Positions 59,991 through 64,000 of a stretch of 64,000 nt of DNA are shown piece by piece. Made by a program: the position numbers and the translations under genes. The stretch's first letter is position 1, and every line of letters begins with the position of its first letter. The notes below the pieces were generated by a model. It was not told the origin of the DNA. It searched no databases and saw only the letters and a list, made by a program, of their open reading frames with translations. Location: positions 10,356,001-10,420,000 of the forward strand of contig NW_024704743.1 of assembly GCF_018977255.1 (NCBI RefSeq), in the 5' to 3' direction. Source of the DNA: Callorhinchus milii (taxonomy: Eukaryota).

Positions 59991-60683
59991 GTCACACAAT
60001 TCTATTAGTACTATGGGCATACAAGTTAAGAAGAGGTGGGATTTGATGAACATGGAGAGAATTCTAAAGAAAAACTTGTGCATTGTCTGTCTTGCAGCTG
60101 TTAGACTAACCTGTCCATAATTTTATATCTTACTTTACAGGAGAAACCACATCAGGAAATAAAGCTCAATGGATGTTTATAATTTTTTGAAGGTTAAACA
60201 GACGAAAAATGATATCTACAAGAGTGAACATTATCCCCTATGTGTAATAACTCACAGTAATCATTATTACTGATCTGTACAACTATGTCTCAGATGAAGT
60301 AACTGAATTACAGCTGTTCAGCTCCTTAGTTGCTGCTCAAGTGGTAATCTCACCTCAGGTCGCTACCTTTAGAATGTTTGTGGTTTGAAGACCAAATGCA
60401 AAATCATACTGTGTATGATTCCCTGGTTTGGAGCCAAAATGTAATCGTTTACAACACTTATGGCTCCATGATCTTCTGCCACTGTGTAGCGGACATGAGC
60501 TCTTCCATTTCGGACAATGTCTATGCCATATCTAGCTGTAGAACCATAGAGACCTTCAGCACAGAAGATGGCCATTCAGCCCATCATGTCTGAGAAAAAC
60601 TCATAGAATCATACATTTATACAGCACATATGAGATCAAGTCTGCTGTGAAACAACCATTCACCACCACTCTATGCTTAAGTC

Positions 60684-60745
60684 TATTATTACTATTATTA
60701 TTACTACTATTATTAATATATTATTACTACTATTATTACTACTGA
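60684..60745. repeat. (TAT/TAC)n low-complexity microsatellite
   Basis: Directly visible; a similar tract lies at 62634-62676. Confidence 0.85.
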
Positions 60746-60746
60746 T

Positions 60747-62632
60747 ACAACAACAACAACTTGGATTTATATAGCGCCTTCCACGCCGGATGGCGTCTCA
60801 GAGCGCTTCATAGTAACGGATCCCAGGGCTGAGCCAGGGGGAGGGGGAAGAAGGTGACCAAAGGCGCGGTCGAAAAGAAAGGTCTTTCGCCGAGACCTGA
60901 AAGTAGAAAGAGATGGGGTGAGGCGAAGGGAGTGAGGAAGGGAGTTCCAGAGCCTCGGGGTAGTGGCTGAAGGCACCGCCACCGATGGTGGAGCAGAGGA
61001 TTCAGGGGACAAGGAGGAGGCCAGACCCCGTGGAGCAAAGACAATGGGCACTGTCGTAAGGAGAGAGGTCAGAGAGGTAAACGGGTGCAGAGGAGTGGAG
61101 AGATTTGAAAACAAGAGAGAGGATCTTGAAGTCGATCCTCTCTGGAATAGGCAGTCAGCGCAGTCCGGCAAGGACTGGGGTAATCGGGGAACGGAGCTTG
61201 GTGCGGGTAAGAATGCGGGCGGCAGAATTCTGGATGACCTGGATTTTATGAATGGTAGTGGAGGGGGAGAAGGGCATTTAAATAGTCACAATGTGGAACT
61301 CAAAACTGTAATCTTCTGACACAGAGATGCATCTACCACCAGATCAGCAGCCAGTTGCACACAGGAGATATTGGTGGAGATGGGCGATGCGTCGGAGGTG
61401 GAAGAAAGCGATGCTAGTGAGGGACCGGATGTGGGGGAGGAAGGAAAATTGGGGGTCGAACCTTATGCCAAGGTTGCGTACGGGTTTGGAGTTTTTTAGG
61501 GGCAGGTCAGGTAGGTGGAGGAGGTGAGAACCGTGCAATTGAAGACGTTGACGAGAGCCAAAGAGTATGGCTTCCGTTTTGTCAACATTTAGTTGAAGGA
61601 AATTCATGCTCATCCAGCTCCTGATGTCTCACAGGCAGGCTGACAGAACATCAGCGGACTGGGGGTCGCAAACTGAGGTGGAAAAATAGAGTTGGGTTCG
61701 TCCGCATACAAGTGGAATTGTACCCCATGTCTGTGGATGATATTCCCAAGAGGTAGCATATAGATTAGGAAGAGGAGGGGGCCAAGGATGGTTCCTTGGT
61801 GTACCCCGCAGGTAACCGGGTGAGAGTGGGAGGAAAAAACGTTTATGCAGATTTACTGTTCGTGAGGTAGAACTCGAACCAGGCGAGTGCGGTCCCACTG
61901 AGGTGGATGACGGAGGAAAGGCAATGGAGGAGGATGGCATGATCGACTGTGTCGAAAGCGGTGGAGAGGTCCAGGAGGACAAGGAGGCAGAGGGAGCCCT
62001 GGTCACAGATAGAGAGGATGTCATTTGAGACTTTCACAAGTGCAGTCTCTGTACTGTGGGCAGGGCGGAAACCAGACTGGAGGAGTTCGAAGAGGGAGTG
62101 GGAGGAGAGGTGTGCGCAGAGTTGATTGACAACAACACATTTTAAAACTTTGGCAAGGAAGGGCAAGTTTGAAATAGGGCGGTAGTGGCTGGGGTTTGTG
62201 GGATCTAGGGAAGGTTTTTTTGAGGAGGAGGCTGATGACAGCAGTTTTGAGGGGGGCAGGGACTCAGAGGAGATGGACTTGTTGATGACATCAGCTAGTA
62301 GTGGGCAGAGGAGGGGGAGCTAGGTGACCAGCAAGTTGGTGGGGAGGAGGTCGAGGCAGCAGGTGGTGCATTTCATCAAAGTGATGGTGGGTGAGAGGGA
62401 GGAGGGAGAGATGGGGAGGAAGGAATGTAAGATGGGGGTCGTGGTAGGAGCTGATGATGGGGATGGTGAGGGGGATGGAGAGGGAGTGGTGGTGGGTGAC
62501 AAGAGGATAAGACTGCCTGGCGGATATTATTTATTTTGGTTGAAAAGAAGTCCATGATCTCCTCACACTTGGCATTTGATGTGAAGATTGAGGTGACCTG
62601 AGGGCACGCACGGAGGAGGTAGTGGGTGGTGG
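60747..62632 (-). mobile_element. L2 LINE, 5'-truncated ORF2 with 3' end
   Basis: PFLAKVLKCVV..QSGFRPAHSTETAL..LLDLSTAFDTVDH; MNFLQLNVDKTEAIL; L2 tail ACAACAACAACAACTTGG. Confidence 0.95.
61284..61364 (+). repeat. 81-bp local duplicate of 59358-59438 inserted into the L2
   Basis: 79/81 identical by manual comparison, same orientation. Confidence 0.93.
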
Positions 62633-62673
62633 AACTACTACTATTACTGATATTATTACTGTTACAACTACTA

Positions 62674-64000
62674 TTATGTAGCACTTTATCAAATCCCTTT
62701 TTAAAATCCATATAAACTACATCAACTGCACTACCTTTATCCACCCACTCTTATTTCGTCAAAAACTATCAGGTTTGTTGGACACAATTTGCCTTTAACA
62801 AATCCGTATTTGCTGTCCTTTATTAATCCGTGTTTTTTTAAGTGAAAATTTATTTTGTCTTGGATTATGGTCTCTGGAAGTTTCCCCACTACTGATGTTA
62901 AGATGACTGGCGTGTAGTTCCTGGGTTTATACTTCTGCCCCTTTTTGTACAGAGGAGTAACATTTGCAACTCTCCAATCCTCATGCACCATCTTGGTGTC
63001 CAAGGAGGATTGAAAGATTGTGTCTATTTATTATAATAAATTTTATATTTTATAATAAATAAATATGTAAATAGTCTCCGCTATTTCCATCCATACTTCC
63101 ATCAATAACCTAGGATGCATCCCTTCCAGACTGGGTGACTTATCTACCTTGAACCCCGTCAACCTATTTAGTACCTCCTCTCTGTTTATTCTTATCTTAT
63201 TCAATTTCTCTACTGTCTCCTCCGATACTGTGTCATTGTCTGCATCCTCTTCTTTTGTGAAGACAGATGCAACGTACTTATTCAGTACATCTGCCTCCAC
63301 AAGAAGATTTCTTCTTTGGTCCCACCCTACCTTTGACTAACCATTCACTCTTTATATGCTTATAAAATACCTCAGGATTTTCTTTTTTTGTTACCCATTA
63401 ATCTTTTCTCATACAATTTCTTTGCCCCTCAGTAATTTCTATATTCTATTAGATCTTCTGTATTTTGAACCTTCCATTTATCATAAGCCTTTTTCTGTTT
63501 TATTTTAATTCCAATTTCCTTATTCATCCAGGGAGGTTTAGATGCCCCACCCTTTGTGAGAATGTATTTGTTCTGTCCCCGAACTATCTCCTCCTTGAAG
63601 GCTTCCCATTGCTTGTTATCTCCTCTTTGAATGATTCCCACTGCTGTTTCACCTGACAATCTTTCTTTCCAATCAATCTTGGATGGTTCCTTTTTAAACT
63701 CACTGAAATTATTCCTTTTCCAGTTGAGTATCTTCATCTTTGATTGCTCCTTGTCCCTTTCCATAGGTATTCTAAACCTAATTAAGTTGTGTTCATTGTT
63801 GTCCAGATACTCTCCTACTGAAATCTGCTCCACTTCATTCCCCAGAACTAGATCCAGCGCTGCTTCCTTCCTTGTTGGGCTGGAAACATACTATCCAGAA
63901 AGTTATCCTGCACACATTTCAGGAATCCTTCCCCCTCCTTGCCCTTTACATTGTTAGTTTGCAAGTCTATGTTAGGATAATCGAAGTCCCCCATTTTCAG
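62674..64000 (-). mobile_element. CR1 LINE ORF2 fragment (runs off the window end)
   Basis: GDFDYPNID, KILNWKR, LNKYVASVFTKE, DWRVANVTPLYKKG, VDVVYMDFKKGFDKVLH. Confidence 0.95.

Noticed and set aside
60369..60575. Minus-strand exon-like ORF (RYGIDIVRNGRAHVRY..)
   Set aside because: The apparent acceptor derives from an adjacent CR1 tail (TCTATGGTTCTA); the peptide is unrecognised.

Overview
This is repeat-dense eukaryotic DNA, not prokaryotic. The repeats suggest a cartilaginous fish, probably a holocephalan (inference). They are CR1/HER1-type LINEs with a zinc-finger/coiled-coil/SGNH ORF1, abundant L2 LINEs with (GTT)n tails, and tRNA-derived SINEs carrying Deu-domain and L2-type 3' ends. 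By eye, more than half the window is decayed retroelement. There are two near-full-length CR1 copies (~16.2-19.8 kb; ~21.4-27.7 kb, interrupted by a SINE that is itself interrupted by an L2), two partial CR1 copies, many L2 fragments and dozens of SINE pieces. Rarer relics include RTE and L1 RT fragments, a 569-bp solo LTR with a 4-bp TSD, a probable non-autonomous Helitron, a hAT-like MITE and two dispersed repeat families I cannot name. I found no host protein-coding gene, RNA gene or CRISPR that I can support, and nearly all long ORFs are retroelement-derived. The unique islands look like intronic/intergenic DNA with candidate enhancer motifs. I do not see a new gene-encoded system. The most interesting signals are rearrangement scars: an 81-bp templated insertion, a telomere-repeat insertion, tail-retaining 3' deletions of CR1s, an ORF1 with a duplicated or chimeric linker, and modular SINE evolution. 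Everything was read by eye without database searches, and boundaries of old repeats are approximate.
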